64,000 nucleotides of DNA from assembly GCA_033977065.1 (NCBI GenBank), contig JAXCHI010000003.1, positions 352,001 through 416,000 of the forward strand, written 5' to 3'. The notes beneath the pieces are model-generated. The model worked only from the letters and a program-made list of their open reading frames with translations, was not told where the DNA came from and did no database searches. A program made the position numbers and the translations under genes. This document shows positions 10,131 through 19,380 of this stretch, in pieces (the first letter of the stretch is position 1; each line of letters starts with the position of its first letter). The stretch comes from Candidatus Algichlamydia australiensis (GTDB taxonomy: Bacteria; Chlamydiota; Chlamydiia; Chlamydiales; JAJFMI01).

Positions 10131-10874
10131 ATGGCAAAAGTTTCCCAGCTTCTCTCTAAACGTTTTGAAAGCGATAGTTCAAAACTTACAAAAATGAAAA
10201 AAGTCGCCACGCGTGGTGCACAAGGCAACCTCTCAGGCTTTTCTGGCGTCTTTAAGGTGCAACCTTTAAGCGAGCAGGAAAAAGAGTCCATTGAAACGAT
10301 TCTTTTGCACTACAGCACAAAAAAAAGCACAAACGAAAAAGACTTAACTACACTTTCAACACTTACCTCAGAACTCAAAGCAATTAACAACCAAGCAATC
10401 ATCTTACATGGTGAAAGAATACAGCAAGCGCAACGCATTTTAAAACGATACAAAAATGGTGCTTTTACAGCATGGCTCATGATGACCTACGGCAACCGCC
10501 AAACTCCATATAACTTTCTTCAGTATTTTGAGTTTTACCAAACCCTATCAAAAGATCTTCGTGAGAAATTAGACAGTATGCCTAAGCAAGCTGTCTATAC
10601 TTTAGCAAGCCGCGATGGAGAGAATTCCCACAAAGAAAAAATTGTGAAAAACTATAACGGGGAACCCAAACATATCCTCATAGAAGAGATTCGCAAACTA
10701 TTCCCACTTACAAAACGTGACAAACGGAAGAGCAAGCTACCCAAAAACACAATTACCGTTCTAAAAAAGCTACTTGATCGAATTAAAGCAGGTGAATTTG
10801 CGCCATCACAAAACGAGCGCAACGAACTCAACCTTCTTCTTACTCAACTCATGAATTTGACAAACAATATGTAA
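10131..10874 (+). CDS. pGP6-D-like (CT583 family) protein
   Basis: INNQAIILHGERI, AWLMMTYGNRQTPYNFLQY and AVYTLASRDG motifs. Confidence 0.9.
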   Translation: MAKVSQLLSKRFESDSSKLTKMKKVATRGAQGNLSGFSGVFKVQPLSEQEKESIETILLHYSTKKSTNEKDLTTLSTLTSELKAINNQAIILHGERIQQAQRILKRYKNGAFTAWLMMTYGNRQTPYNFLQYFEFYQTLSKDLREKLDSMPKQAVYTLASRDGENSHKEKIVKNYNGEPKHILIEEIRKLFPLTKRDKRKSKLPKNTITVLKKLLDRIKAGEFAPSQNERNELNLLLTQLMNLTNNM

Positions 10875-11691
10875 AGCTATTTGACATTGCAACATCAATC
10901 GCCCTCTTTGTTTCATCAGAAGGCTCAACCAAGGGAAGTCTTAATCGTGAATTGCACAAACCAAGCTTGCTCATTGCATATTTAATACACTGCGGGTTTG
11001 TCTCTAAAGAGAGAGCGTTCAAAAGATCTTTAAAAGCCTCTGCTGACTCATTACCTGAGACGACCTCTTTCCACTCTTTTGGGTACAGGTTTGCAATTAC
11101 AGAAACAAGGCCTTTTCCACCTGACTGCATAACACCAGAGGCTGCACCTGGATCATCGGCAAAGTAATTTGTTTTTAACGTGCGCGCCCACTCAAGATTA
11201 ACTGTTGCATCCTTAATAGCAACAACATTTGGAATTTGCAAAACTGCCTTAATACACTCTTTTGAGAGAGTCAATCCTGTACGCGCAGGATTATAGTAAA
11301 ACATAATAGGCAGGTCTACTTTTGCAACTGCATTCATGTGAGAAACCACACCGTTTTCAGAAGGTTTTACATAGTAAGGGGTGATTACAAGCAGGGCATC
11401 TGCTCCAAGCGTCTTTGCTCGTTTTGCATTCAGCAAACTTTGTGTTGTTGCAGCTACACCAACGTTGACAATCACAGGAACTCTTCCCGCAACCTCTTCA
11501 ACAACTGTTGCCACAATATCTTCTCTCTCTGCATCTGTTAACAGCAGATGTTCGCCTGTAGTGCCAAGCGCAACAATTGCGCTCGTTCCACTCTCCACCT
11601 GAAACCGCACAAGAGCGCGCAAAGTTTCGTAATCAACTTCTAAATTTTCTTTGTAAGGGGTGACAAGAGCCACAATAGAGCCATAAAACAT
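10849..11691 (-). CDS. dapA: 4-hydroxy-tetrahydrodipicolinate synthase
   Basis: ALVTP, GTTGE, TPYYVKP, YYNPARTG and AIKDA motifs. Confidence 0.93.
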   Translation of the reverse strand: MFYGSIVALVTPYKENLEVDYETLRALVRFQVESGTSAIVALGTTGEHLLLTDAEREDIVATVVEEVAGRVPVIVNVGVAATTQSLLNAKRAKTLGADALLVITPYYVKPSENGVVSHMNAVAKVDLPIMFYYNPARTGLTLSKECIKAVLQIPNVVAIKDATVNLEWARTLKTNYFADDPGAASGVMQSGGKGLVSVIANLYPKEWKEVVSGNESAEAFKDLLNALSLETNPQCIKYAMSKLGLCNSRLRLPLVEPSDETKRAIDVAMSNSFTYCLSNS

Positions 11692-11704
11692 AGCCCTATT
11701 TTAG

Positions 11705-12094
11705 CTACATTGCTTTAGATAATAAACGTTCTTTTGTGCTGCGCGATTGAAAGTGGTTTTTCCAGTCGTGAACTTGTTCTAAAAAATCTTTCATTTCTGT
11801 GCGCAAGTAGGTAAACATAAGACTAGGGGACAGGGTACGTTTGTAAAAGAGATCTCCAGTAGAAGCATCCATGTAAATCTCATCTTTATTCTCTTCCCAA
11901 TTTAACTTTCCTCGGGATGATAAGCTATCAGAAATATAGCTTGGAACCACAGTCTTACCGGTGAAAATTTTCGTTACCAGCGTAAGATTTTTTTGAGCCC
12001 AGCGCACTTCAATCAGTTGGTCTTCTAAAAAAATTTTTGCGATTCTGTTTTCGTAAAGCCGACAGACAATGTCCAAAAAATCTTTGTATGTCAT
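11705..12094 (-). CDS. Hypothetical protein, 129 aa
   Basis: Fills the gap co-directionally between ung and dapA; AGAG RBS-like sequence upstream. Confidence 0.7.
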   Translation of the reverse strand: MTYKDFLDIVCRLYENRIAKIFLEDQLIEVRWAQKNLTLVTKIFTGKTVVPSYISDSLSSRGKLNWEENKDEIYMDASTGDLFYKRTLSPSLMFTYLRTEMKDFLEQVHDWKNHFQSRSTKERLLSKAM

Positions 12095-12155
12095 TTTATT
12101 CTCTTTTTAATTTGTATTGGTGAGTATATTAACACAAACAAAAACAAAAAATCAA

Positions 12156-12821
12156 TTACAAAGACCAATTAATCGGCTCTTTTCCCCAATTAATTAAATG
12201 ATTATTAACTTTAGAAAATGGTTTTGATCCAAAAAATCCCGCATGAGCAGAAAGAGGGGACGGGTGAGGGGAGGAGATAATGGCGTGCTGGCTTTGGCTC
12301 ACGATTTTTTCACATTTTTCCTTTGCAGAGCGCCCCCACAAAACAAAAACAATGGGATCGGCTCTTTGACAAAGTTTTTCTATAACGCTATCTGTAAACT
12401 GTTCCCAGCCAATCCCGTAGTGCGATTTGGCCTGATGCGCCCTTACAGTCAAAGTTGCATTCAAAAGCAAAACGCCTTGCTTTGCCCAGTCCACCAAGTA
12501 TCCGTGATTTGGGGGCTTGATCCCTAGATCGCTCTCCAGTTCTTTATATATATTTTTTAAACTTGGAGGAACATCTACGCCAGGCTGCACGCTAAAGCAC
12601 AAGCCGTGGGCTTGATTGGGGCCGTGATAGGGATCTTGTCCCATTATCACAACCTTTACTTTATCGAATGGGGTATAGCCAAAAGCGCTAAAAACATCTT
12701 TTTCTTCTGGATAAACAGTCCCTTGAGCTCGCTCAACCTCAAGAAGTTTTTTTAGCTTCTGTATATAAGGTTTTTGAATCTCATCGCCTAGTTTTTCAAA
12801 CCAATTTTTCGTCAATTTCAT
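12156..12821 (-). CDS. ung: Uracil-DNA glycosylase
   Basis: GQDPYH, GLCFSV, VLLLN and HPSPLSA motifs. Likely start is the ATG at 12821. Confidence 0.97.
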   Translation of the reverse strand: MKLTKNWFEKLGDEIQKPYIQKLKKLLEVERAQGTVYPEEKDVFSAFGYTPFDKVKVVIMGQDPYHGPNQAHGLCFSVQPGVDVPPSLKNIYKELESDLGIKPPNHGYLVDWAKQGVLLLNATLTVRAHQAKSHYGIGWEQFTDSVIEKLCQRADPIVFVLWGRSAKEKCEKIVSQSQHAIISSPHPSPLSAHAGFFGSKPFSKVNNHLINWGKEPINWSL

Positions 12822-12910
12822 GCCACAAACATACCACACAAACAGTTTTTTACAAACTTGACATTCACGCCAGCCAAAGCTAACATATCTCTTACAAAAG
12901 GACTCAAAAT

Positions 12911-13165
12911 ATGCAAGATCTCTCAGAAAACAACCTCGTTAAATTCAAAAATGTATCAAAGAAAAAAGAGGCGATTTACGCGAACTTTAAGGTTAAGGGA
13001 ATCAAGTCTGGGGTGGTTTTCAACGCATCGATTGCAGTCGACCTCTCTGCCGCAGAAGTGCACCCCGGTGTGACTCTAGAAAAAATCATCGAGGAGTGCG
13101 CGCGCATCGGCGTAAAAGAGTTTCAAAATGCCGCTTTCCAATTTGAAGGTTTGAGTTCTATCTAA
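12911..13165 (+). CDS. Conserved small chlamydial protein (CT631-like), 84 aa
   Basis: LVKFKN and LEKIIEECARIGVKEFQ motifs. Position next to tRNA-Pro and the LbH-ispA pair matches the chlamydial gene order as I recall it. Confidence 0.75.
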   Translation: MQDLSENNLVKFKNVSKKKEAIYANFKVKGIKSGVVFNASIAVDLSAAEVHPGVTLEKIIEECARIGVKEFQNAAFQFEGLSSI

Positions 13166-13173
13166 AGTTTTAT

Positions 13174-13248
13174 CTGGGTGTAGCGCAGCTTGGCCAGCGC
13201 ACTAGCATGGGGTGTTAGGGGTCGGAGGTTCGAATCCTCTCACCCAGA
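13174..13248 (+). tRNA. tRNA-Pro (anticodon GGG), CCA not encoded
   Basis: Acceptor stem CTGGGTG/CACCCAG, anticodon arm CTAGC-AT-GGG-GT-GTTAG, T-loop GGTTCGAATCC. Confidence 0.96.
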
Positions 13249-13281
13249 TTCGTTTTGATTAGTAGTTTTCGTTATAAAACA

Positions 13282-13400
13282 TTCGTCTCCATCTCACTAC
13301 ATAGAATCGCATCCTCGGCTTAGGGGTGTACGCAGTACAACCCCGTGCGCCTGCGGTACGATTCTATTTTGCGATATGAAGCCGTGACTCCGCTTCGCGC
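13282..13400 (+). repeat. ~120-bp hairpin element, copy A
   Basis: Ends TTCGTCTCCATCTC... and ...TTTGCGATATGAAGCCG...CCGCTTCGCGC are shared with the 47810 copy. Inner stem ATAGAATCG...CGATTCTAT with apex GTAC-gca-GTAC. Confidence 0.75.
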
Positions 13401-13416
13401 ATCAATACATTTACAT

Positions 13417-13534
13417 CGCGAAGCGGCCTAGCGGGTTAATATCGCAAAGCAAAATAAAATTTCTGCTGTTGTGAACAGTACTATGTACGGCGCAACAGCA
13501 GAAATTTTATTTGGCGCAGCGAGATTAAGCCGAA
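13417..13534 (-). repeat. ~120-bp hairpin element, copy B (tail-to-tail with copy A)
   Basis: Perfect 20-bp inner stem AAATAAAATTTCTGCTGTTG / CAACAGCAGAAATTTTATTT. Colinear with the reverse complement of 47810-47929. Confidence 0.85.
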
Positions 13535-13572
13535 GGGGGGCGGGGGCTTGCCCCGACCCAAAAAATTATCAC

Positions 13573-13790
13573 TGTGGAAAATCCTGTTGATGGAGAGTTC
13601 ATAAGATTGTTCATACTCTGTCAATAACTCAGCTCTGTGCAAAACTAACGCCTTATCATCATTTTGTTGACAGCGTTTGAACAAAAGAATTGCCTATGAA
13701 ATAGGCGATGTTATGAAGATTCCCACACCCCTTAAAGAAGAAGAGTATTCTATAAATAAGAAAATGGATTCTTAATAACGATGCTTATAA
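13573..13790. promoter_or_regulatory. Putative replication origin (oriC): array of DnaA-box-like 9-mers plus AT-rich tract
   Basis: TGTGGAAAA 13573, TGTTGATGG 13585, AGTTCATAA 13596, TGTTCATAC 13608, TGTCAATAA 13619 and TGTGCAAAA 13636, compared with consensus TGTGGATAA. Hand-sampled lines are C-rich to the left and G-rich to the right. Confidence 0.6.
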
Positions 13791-13791
13791 C

Positions 13792-14460
13792 ATGAGTCTT
13801 ATGGCAATGTTTGCTTCGAAAAATTTTTTTGATCTGGAAAGCTTTGCTCATAAAGCTCTTTTTAATAGAGCACTCTTTGTTTGGGAAGTGCTAAGAGACT
13901 TGCCTTTCTATTTTGAAGAGTTGGTATTGGGTGAAATTCAGGGAAGTGTCTCTTCTCAAGCGATGCTCGTTCATGGGGACAAGATTCATGTGGGAAAAGG
14001 AAGTCGGATTGATCCGTTTGCAATGATTGAAGGTCCTGTTTGGATCGGCGAAGATTGTGAAATTCGTCATGGCGCTCTGATTCGTCCCTATACGATTTTA
14101 GGAAACGGTTGTGTTGTCGGTCATGCCTCTGAAGTAAAATCCTCGATAATGATGAATAATGCCGCTGCAGCGCATTTTAATTATGTAGGCGACTCGATGG
14201 TCGGCTCAGATGTAAATATTGGCGCAGGCGCCAAATGTGGAAATGTTCGTTTAGACGGAAGAGAAATTCTTTTGCGCCATGGTGGCGAGGGGATTCATAC
14301 GGGATTAAGAAAGTTTGGCGCAGTTTTAGGCGATGGAACGAAACTAGGCTGCAATGTTGTCACAAATCCCGGAACGGTTGTAAGAAAAAATTTTTTGGCT
14401 TTGCCAAACGCTGTTATTGGAGGGGTCCATCTTGATGAAGAAAGTTTTTACACCTCTTGA
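13792..14460 (+). CDS. Left-handed beta-helix acyltransferase (GlmU C-terminal-like)
   Basis: Hexapeptide repeats, AHFNYVGDS and RKFGAVLGDG motifs; no pyrophosphorylase domain. Confidence 0.85.
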   Translation: MSLMAMFASKNFFDLESFAHKALFNRALFVWEVLRDLPFYFEELVLGEIQGSVSSQAMLVHGDKIHVGKGSRIDPFAMIEGPVWIGEDCEIRHGALIRPYTILGNGCVVGHASEVKSSIMMNNAAAAHFNYVGDSMVGSDVNIGAGAKCGNVRLDGREILLRHGGEGIHTGLRKFGAVLGDGTKLGCNVVTNPGTVVRKNFLALPNAVIGGVHLDEESFYTS

Positions 14461-15244
14461 AATCATTGAAGAGGCTTTGAAGGTTAGTCTTAAAGATTTT
14501 GGTGATGATCACAGGTTGAAAGAGGCGTGTAGCTATGCGCTCTTGTCAGGCGGGAAGCGATTAAGACCTTTGCTGGTTTTGCAGATTGCAGAGTCGGTTG
14601 GAAAGGGACTGGTTCCAATTGATGCAGCCGTTGCTGTTGAGTTTTTTCATACAGCTTCGCTGATTGCCGATGATCTTCCCTGCATGGACAATGAACAGTG
14701 GCGCAGAGGAAAATTAGCTCTGCATCACGCTTATGGGGAGACGGTTGCGCTTCTTGCGAGCTATGGTTTAATTACGGCGGCTTTTGAAAAAATTCATTCT
14801 GCGTCTGAAGGGTTATCGCCACAGGTTTGTGCGATTGCAGTAAAGGAAGCGGCGCAAGCTGCGGGACTAAAGGGGGCGACAACGGGACAGTTTTATGACC
14901 TCTTTCCTCCAAATACAAATCGTGAGCAGCTGGAGCGCTTGCATCATTTGAAAACGGTGACGCTGTTTGAAACGGCGTTTATCTTCGGCCACCTTTTTGG
15001 TGGGGGAGATGAGTCGCTTGTTGAAGGGGTACGCGAGTGTGCGCGCCATTTCGGCTTTGCATTTCAAATCGCAGATGATATTGCGGACTTCGAAGAGGAT
15101 AGTGAAGAGAAAAACATTGCCTGCTTCTTAGGAAAAGAGAGGGCAGAAGTTCTTTTTCAAGAAGAACTTGCCGCTTTTTCAAAAGCGGCAAGTGTTCTGC
15201 CGTATGATTTAGACGCCTTGCGGCTCTGGAAGCGTGATCCCTAA
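14435..15244 (+). CDS. ispA: Polyprenyl (farnesyl/geranylgeranyl) diphosphate synthase
   Basis: GGKRLRP, DDLPCMD, GQFYD, KT and FQIADD motifs. ATG at 14435. Confidence 0.92.
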   Translation: MKKVFTPLEIIEEALKVSLKDFGDDHRLKEACSYALLSGGKRLRPLLVLQIAESVGKGLVPIDAAVAVEFFHTASLIADDLPCMDNEQWRRGKLALHHAYGETVALLASYGLITAAFEKIHSASEGLSPQVCAIAVKEAAQAAGLKGATTGQFYDLFPPNTNREQLERLHHLKTVTLFETAFIFGHLFGGGDESLVEGVRECARHFGFAFQIADDIADFEEDSEEKNIACFLGKERAEVLFQEELAAFSKAASVLPYDLDALRLWKRDP

Positions 15245-16225
15245 TTTTTCTTGGCACTTTGTATAAATTTGCGCTTCTAATTCATTTGTGAGTTCTGGGT
15301 TTCTCTTTAACTCTTCGCGGAAGCCTTCACGTCCTTGAAAACGCTTGTCTTTATAGGTGAACCAGGAGCCCTTCTTCTCTATTAATCCAAAATCAACACC
15401 AAGGTCTAGGATAGAACCTTCGCGTGAAATTCCTTCGTTAAAGAGAATATCGAATTCGGCAATGCGGAAGGGGGGCGCCATTTTATTTTTTACAACTTTT
15501 ACTTTTACGCGGTTTCCTGTTTCACCAATGGAGGCGATGCGGCGAATATCCATGCGAATAGAGGAGTAAAATTTGAGCGCGCGTCCTCCTGTAGTGGTTT
15601 CTGGATTGCCAAACATCACGCCAATTTTTTCACGAATTTGGTTGATAAAGATAGCGCATGTGTTGCTACGTGAAAGGGTTGAGGTGAGTTTGCGCAGCGC
15701 TTGAGACATTAGTCGCGCTTGCAGACCGACGTGCGTGTCTCCAATTTCCCCATCCAGTTCATTTTTAGGAACAAGTGCAGCAACAGAGTCGATAACAATG
15801 ACATCAACAGCGTCGGAGCGTGCGAGCATTTCGACGATGTTAAGTGCCTCTTCACCACTGTTAGGTTGTGAGATCATAAGTTCATCAACGTTCACGCCAA
15901 TCTTTGCAGCGTAGCTAGGATCTAGTGCGTGCTCCGCATCAACATAGGCGCAGATGCCTCCCATTTTTTGTGCGCTTGCCACAATGTGAGTGGCAAGGGT
16001 TGATTTTCCAGAGGATTCCGGTCCGTAAATTTCAACAATTCGTCCGCGAGGCACCCCACCAATTCCAAGAGCAAGGTCTAATGAGATGGCTCCTGTCGGG
16101 ATTACTTTAAAGTTGCGATTAGCGGTGTGACTGCCAAGCGTCATGATCGCTCCTTCGCCAAACTGCTTTTCAATGTGAGAGATCGCCGCTTCGAGCGCCT
16201 TCTTTTTTGCAGAATTATCTGTCAT
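15209..16225 (-). CDS. recA: Recombinase A
   Basis: [15 protein letters not shown] and [15 protein letters not shown] motifs. Confidence 0.98.
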   Translation of the reverse strand: MTDNSAKKKALEAAISHIEKQFGEGAIMTLGSHTANRNFKVIPTGAISLDLALGIGGVPRGRIVEIYGPESSGKSTLATHIVASAQKMGGICAYVDAEHALDPSYAAKIGVNVDELMISQPNSGEEALNIVEMLARSDAVDVIVIDSVAALVPKNELDGEIGDTHVGLQARLMSQALRKLTSTLSRSNTCAIFINQIREKIGVMFGNPETTTGGRALKFYSSIRMDIRRIASIGETGNRVKVKVVKNKMAPPFRIAEFDILFNEGISREGSILDLGVDFGLIEKKGSWFTYKDKRFQGREGFREELKRNPELTNELEAQIYTKCQEKLGITLPEPQGV

Positions 16226-16277
16226 CGGGGGTACCTATCCGTTTTTAGCTTTTATCATAACGGGCAAGAGTATATAG

Positions 16278-17237
16278 ATGCAAAGTATGGTGATTCTAGC
16301 GGGTGACATTGGGGGAACAAAGACGCATCTTGCCGTTTTTGAGGGTGATGAGCGTATTTACGAAAAGCGTTTTCCCAGTCGGGATTATGCAAGTTTGGGG
16401 TTGATTGTTCAGGAGTTTCTTTCTGAAAAAAAGTTTCAGCCCACGGTTGCCTCTTTTGGAATTGCTGGTCCTGTTTGTGCAGGCCGCTGTGTAGCAACGA
16501 ATCTGGCTTGGGTTGTCGATAGTAAAGAGATTGCACAGGCCCTTAAAGTTGAAAAAGTTGGGTTGCTCAATGATCTAGAAGCGAATGCGTATGGTATTGC
16601 TGCACTAAAACCGGAAGAGTTTTTGGTCCTCAATGAGGGGGAGCAGCAGCGGGGAAATCAGGCGCTTATCTCTGCAGGCACCGGTCTTGGTGAGGCGGGG
16701 TTATACTTTGATGGAAGCGATCACCTTCCTTTTGCTTGTGAAGGTGGGCATGCTGATTTTGCTCCGCGCAACGAGAAAGAGATCGCTCTTTTTCAATTTT
16801 TACAAAAGCGTTTTGGTCATGTCTCTTATGAAAGGGTCTTGTCGGGTCCTGGAATGAAAAATATTTATGATTTTCTCGTGGAAACGGGAAGAGAGAAGCG
16901 CGATCCTGAGGTAGAGGGAGAGACCCCTAAGCGCTTTATTTCAGATAGGGCGATGAATGGAGAGAGCAGGGCTTGTGAGCACGCTTTGGATCTATTTATT
17001 TCATTATATGGGGCCGAAGCGGGAAATACTGCGTTAAAGTTTATGTCTTTGGGTGGGATTTTTGTAGGTGGAGGCATTGCTCCTAAGATTGCATCAAAGA
17101 TGCGCGATCATTTTATGAAAGCCTTTGTAGATAAGGGGCGTTTTGCAGAAATACTTCTCTCTATTCCGGTAAAAATCCTCTTAAATGAAGAGACAGCGCT
17201 TCTCGGTGCGCATCAATTTGCAAAAAAACTTAGTTGA
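16278..17237 (+). CDS. glk: Glucokinase
   Basis: GDIGGTKT, NDLEA, GTGLG, EGGH, ERVLSGPG and GGGI motifs. Confidence 0.95.
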   Translation: MQSMVILAGDIGGTKTHLAVFEGDERIYEKRFPSRDYASLGLIVQEFLSEKKFQPTVASFGIAGPVCAGRCVATNLAWVVDSKEIAQALKVEKVGLLNDLEANAYGIAALKPEEFLVLNEGEQQRGNQALISAGTGLGEAGLYFDGSDHLPFACEGGHADFAPRNEKEIALFQFLQKRFGHVSYERVLSGPGMKNIYDFLVETGREKRDPEVEGETPKRFISDRAMNGESRACEHALDLFISLYGAEAGNTALKFMSLGGIFVGGGIAPKIASKMRDHFMKAFVDKGRFAEILLSIPVKILLNEETALLGAHQFAKKLS

Positions 17238-17440
17238 GAAAGTTCTTGTTTTTCAATAAGTTATCTTTTTGTTTCTTCTTTAATTGTCAATTAATAATAA
17301 AAAAAATTGAAAAAAGTATTTTAAAATAAAAGCTTTTTATTTATACCGATGGCTAGGGAGAAATGTATGCACTCGCTGTCGATATTGTTTCGATGCAAGT
17401 GCGAAAAAAATTATCTATTTAAACCCTCGTGAGGTAAACA

Positions 17441-18655
17441 ATGAACAATATGCTTAGCAAAGTCTTTTTCGTTCTTGCAGCATCTGCAGCCGCTAGCGGT
17501 TTCGGTGCTATGAGCACTAACGAAAGAGTCGCTCAGCTTGAGCAAAAAATGGACTGCGTCTATATGGATGTGCCATTAAGTATGTGCGGTTGCGAAGTAA
17601 CTGCAAGTACTTGTGGTCCACGTCTTGCAAACGCTCGTCCTGAAGTAAAAGCGGGTAGCGGATGCACCTGCCCAGGTTGGTTCATCGCTATTGATGCTAT
17701 TTATTGGCATCCAAAAGTTGGTGGAACTGAGTACGCTTACACAGATAACACAGCGCAAGTGTTACGAGCACCAATACAGAATGCTGGAGAAGGCTTGCCA
17801 CTTAGCGGACGTGTTAAAGATGTTGATTTCGATTGGGGATGGGGCTTCAAAGTAGGCCTTGGATACAACTTCCAACATGATGGATGGGATGTATCTGCCC
17901 TTTACACAAGATTTAGTGAAGAAGATTCTGAGTCAACAAGCCCAGGAAGAAATAGCAGTGTAGTTCCATTAAGAGCTTCTGCTGGTATTACAAGTCCTGC
18001 AGGACAAGCTCCAGGACCACAAGGGGTGTTCCTTTTCTCTGAGTTTGCAAAAACTGAGTTTGATATCGATTACGATCGTATCGATTTAGAGATGGGTCGT
18101 CACTTCTTTGTGAGTGAAAAACTTTCTTTACGTCCTTTCATTGGCTTAACAGCTGCTTGGATCGACTTGCAACAGAAGATTCGCTATGTTGGCGGAGTTG
18201 CTAACGGTGAAGACCTTGGTCTTTCTGTGAACACTGTTCACGTTAAAGATGAGTCTGACTTCAAAGGTTTAGGACCACGCTTCGGTTTCAACACAAAATG
18301 GCGCTTAGGTTATGACTTTAGTCTCTATGGTGACTTCTCAATGGCGTTCCTTTATGGACACTTTGATGTTGAGCACAAAGAGAACTACAGCTTGCTACCT
18401 GCAAACAGAGTAGGTCTTGATGCGGACATGAACCGTTTCGCTCCTAACTCAACTATTGGTCTTGGTATCGCATATGACACTTATCTTAACGAAGATAAGC
18501 ATCACATCGGTCTTAAGTTTGGTTACGAGAACCACTACTGGTGGAATGTTAACCAAATGTTGAGAATTGATGATTCAACATTCTGGCGTTATGAAAGAAT
18601 GAGTGAAGATGTGAGCTTCCACGGTCTAACTTTTGAAGTTCGCTTAGACTTCTAA
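17441..18655 (+). CDS. Lpg1974/Legionella-MOMP-like outer-membrane porin
   Basis: Signal peptide; YWHPKVGG, FDWGWGF, DLEMGRHF and GLGPRFG motifs; C-terminal RLDF. Confidence 0.85.
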   Translation: MNNMLSKVFFVLAASAAASGFGAMSTNERVAQLEQKMDCVYMDVPLSMCGCEVTASTCGPRLANARPEVKAGSGCTCPGWFIAIDAIYWHPKVGGTEYAYTDNTAQVLRAPIQNAGEGLPLSGRVKDVDFDWGWGFKVGLGYNFQHDGWDVSALYTRFSEEDSESTSPGRNSSVVPLRASAGITSPAGQAPGPQGVFLFSEFAKTEFDIDYDRIDLEMGRHFFVSEKLSLRPFIGLTAAWIDLQQKIRYVGGVANGEDLGLSVNTVHVKDESDFKGLGPRFGFNTKWRLGYDFSLYGDFSMAFLYGHFDVEHKENYSLLPANRVGLDADMNRFAPNSTIGLGIAYDTYLNEDKHHIGLKFGYENHYWWNVNQMLRIDDSTFWRYERMSEDVSFHGLTFEVRLDF

Positions 18656-18682
18656 GTTTAGCCAATAGCTAACTGAAACGAT

Positions 18683-18714
18683 AAGCCGCTGGGTTTCCCA
18701 GCGGCTTTTTTTTT
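18683..18714 (+). terminator. Rho-independent terminator of the porin gene
   Basis: AAGCCGCTGGG-ttt-CCCAGCGGCTT followed by a T run. Confidence 0.9.
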
Positions 18715-18721
18715 CGGCTTA

Positions 18722-18882
18722 GATAGCGTCGTCAAAAGCATACAACCATCTTATTTTTCATGTTTGGGCTCCATTTTTGTGCTCAAATGAAGCGGAATTT
18801 ACAAATTCAGCTTCAATTTCCGCACAAAAATAAGCTGCAAACATGAAAAATAATCTGATTATAGCCTTTTGACGACACTATC
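18722..18882. mobile_element. 161-bp palindromic MITE with TA duplication (intact copy)
   Basis: TIRs GATAGCGTCGTCAAAAG / CTTTTGACGACACTATC, flanked by TA. A second copy at 36800-38077 appears identical apart from an IS insertion. Confidence 0.9.
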
Positions 18883-18910
18883 TAATCTCGCGGTGCCAAA
18901 TCGCAAATAC

Positions 18911-19074
18911 GAGGCAGCCTTCAAATTCATTCCGCCAACAAAAGTTATCTTTTTCCTCAGAAAAAGTTCTTCGAGCTGCACAAACATAAATAATGTTTGC
19001 TCCGCTCTGCAGAAGCTTTTTCTGCGAAAAAATCTTTCCTTTTGCTGGCGAAAGCAACTCGAAGCCCCCCTCTC
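18911..19074. repeat. ~164-bp imperfect palindrome
   Basis: Arms CGCCAACAAAAG/CTTTTGCTGGCG and CAGAAAAAG/CTTTTTCTG; apex CAAACAT-aaata-ATGTTTG. Ends are approximate. Confidence 0.7.
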
Positions 19075-19220
19075 AGCTGTCGCGCCGTATCACTTATACT
19101 ACTATGTGGTTGTGTCAAGGTGAGTGATCACATTTTTTTCCTTCCTTGTTTTTAAATTTATTTGTTTCAAATTTTTAACTATGCCTTATCGGCCAATCTA
19201 CTATTCGTGATCAAACTTTT

Positions 19221-19282
19221 CTGTCATGGCGGCAGTTTTGTCATTTGGCTTTGCGAGATGAAGCCGCTAGGTCGCTTCGTGT
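19221..19282 (+). repeat. Right half of a ~120-bp hairpin-family element
   Basis: CTGTCATGGCGGC...TTTGCGAGATGAAGCCGCTAGGTCGCTTCG aligns with 47868-47929. Confidence 0.7.
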
Positions 19283-19380
19283 GGTTTAATTGTTTTTTTA
19301 GTTTTAGGTAATATTTTCTGTTTCTAATTAAATGGTTTTATTTTATGGTCCGGTTTAAGGATGAGTAGGTTTATTTAACT

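Noticed and set aside
9366..10874. Integrated plasmid (pGP5/pGP6-like genes)
   Set aside because: Chromosomal homologues next to thrS are a known conserved chlamydial feature, and no other plasmid genes are present.
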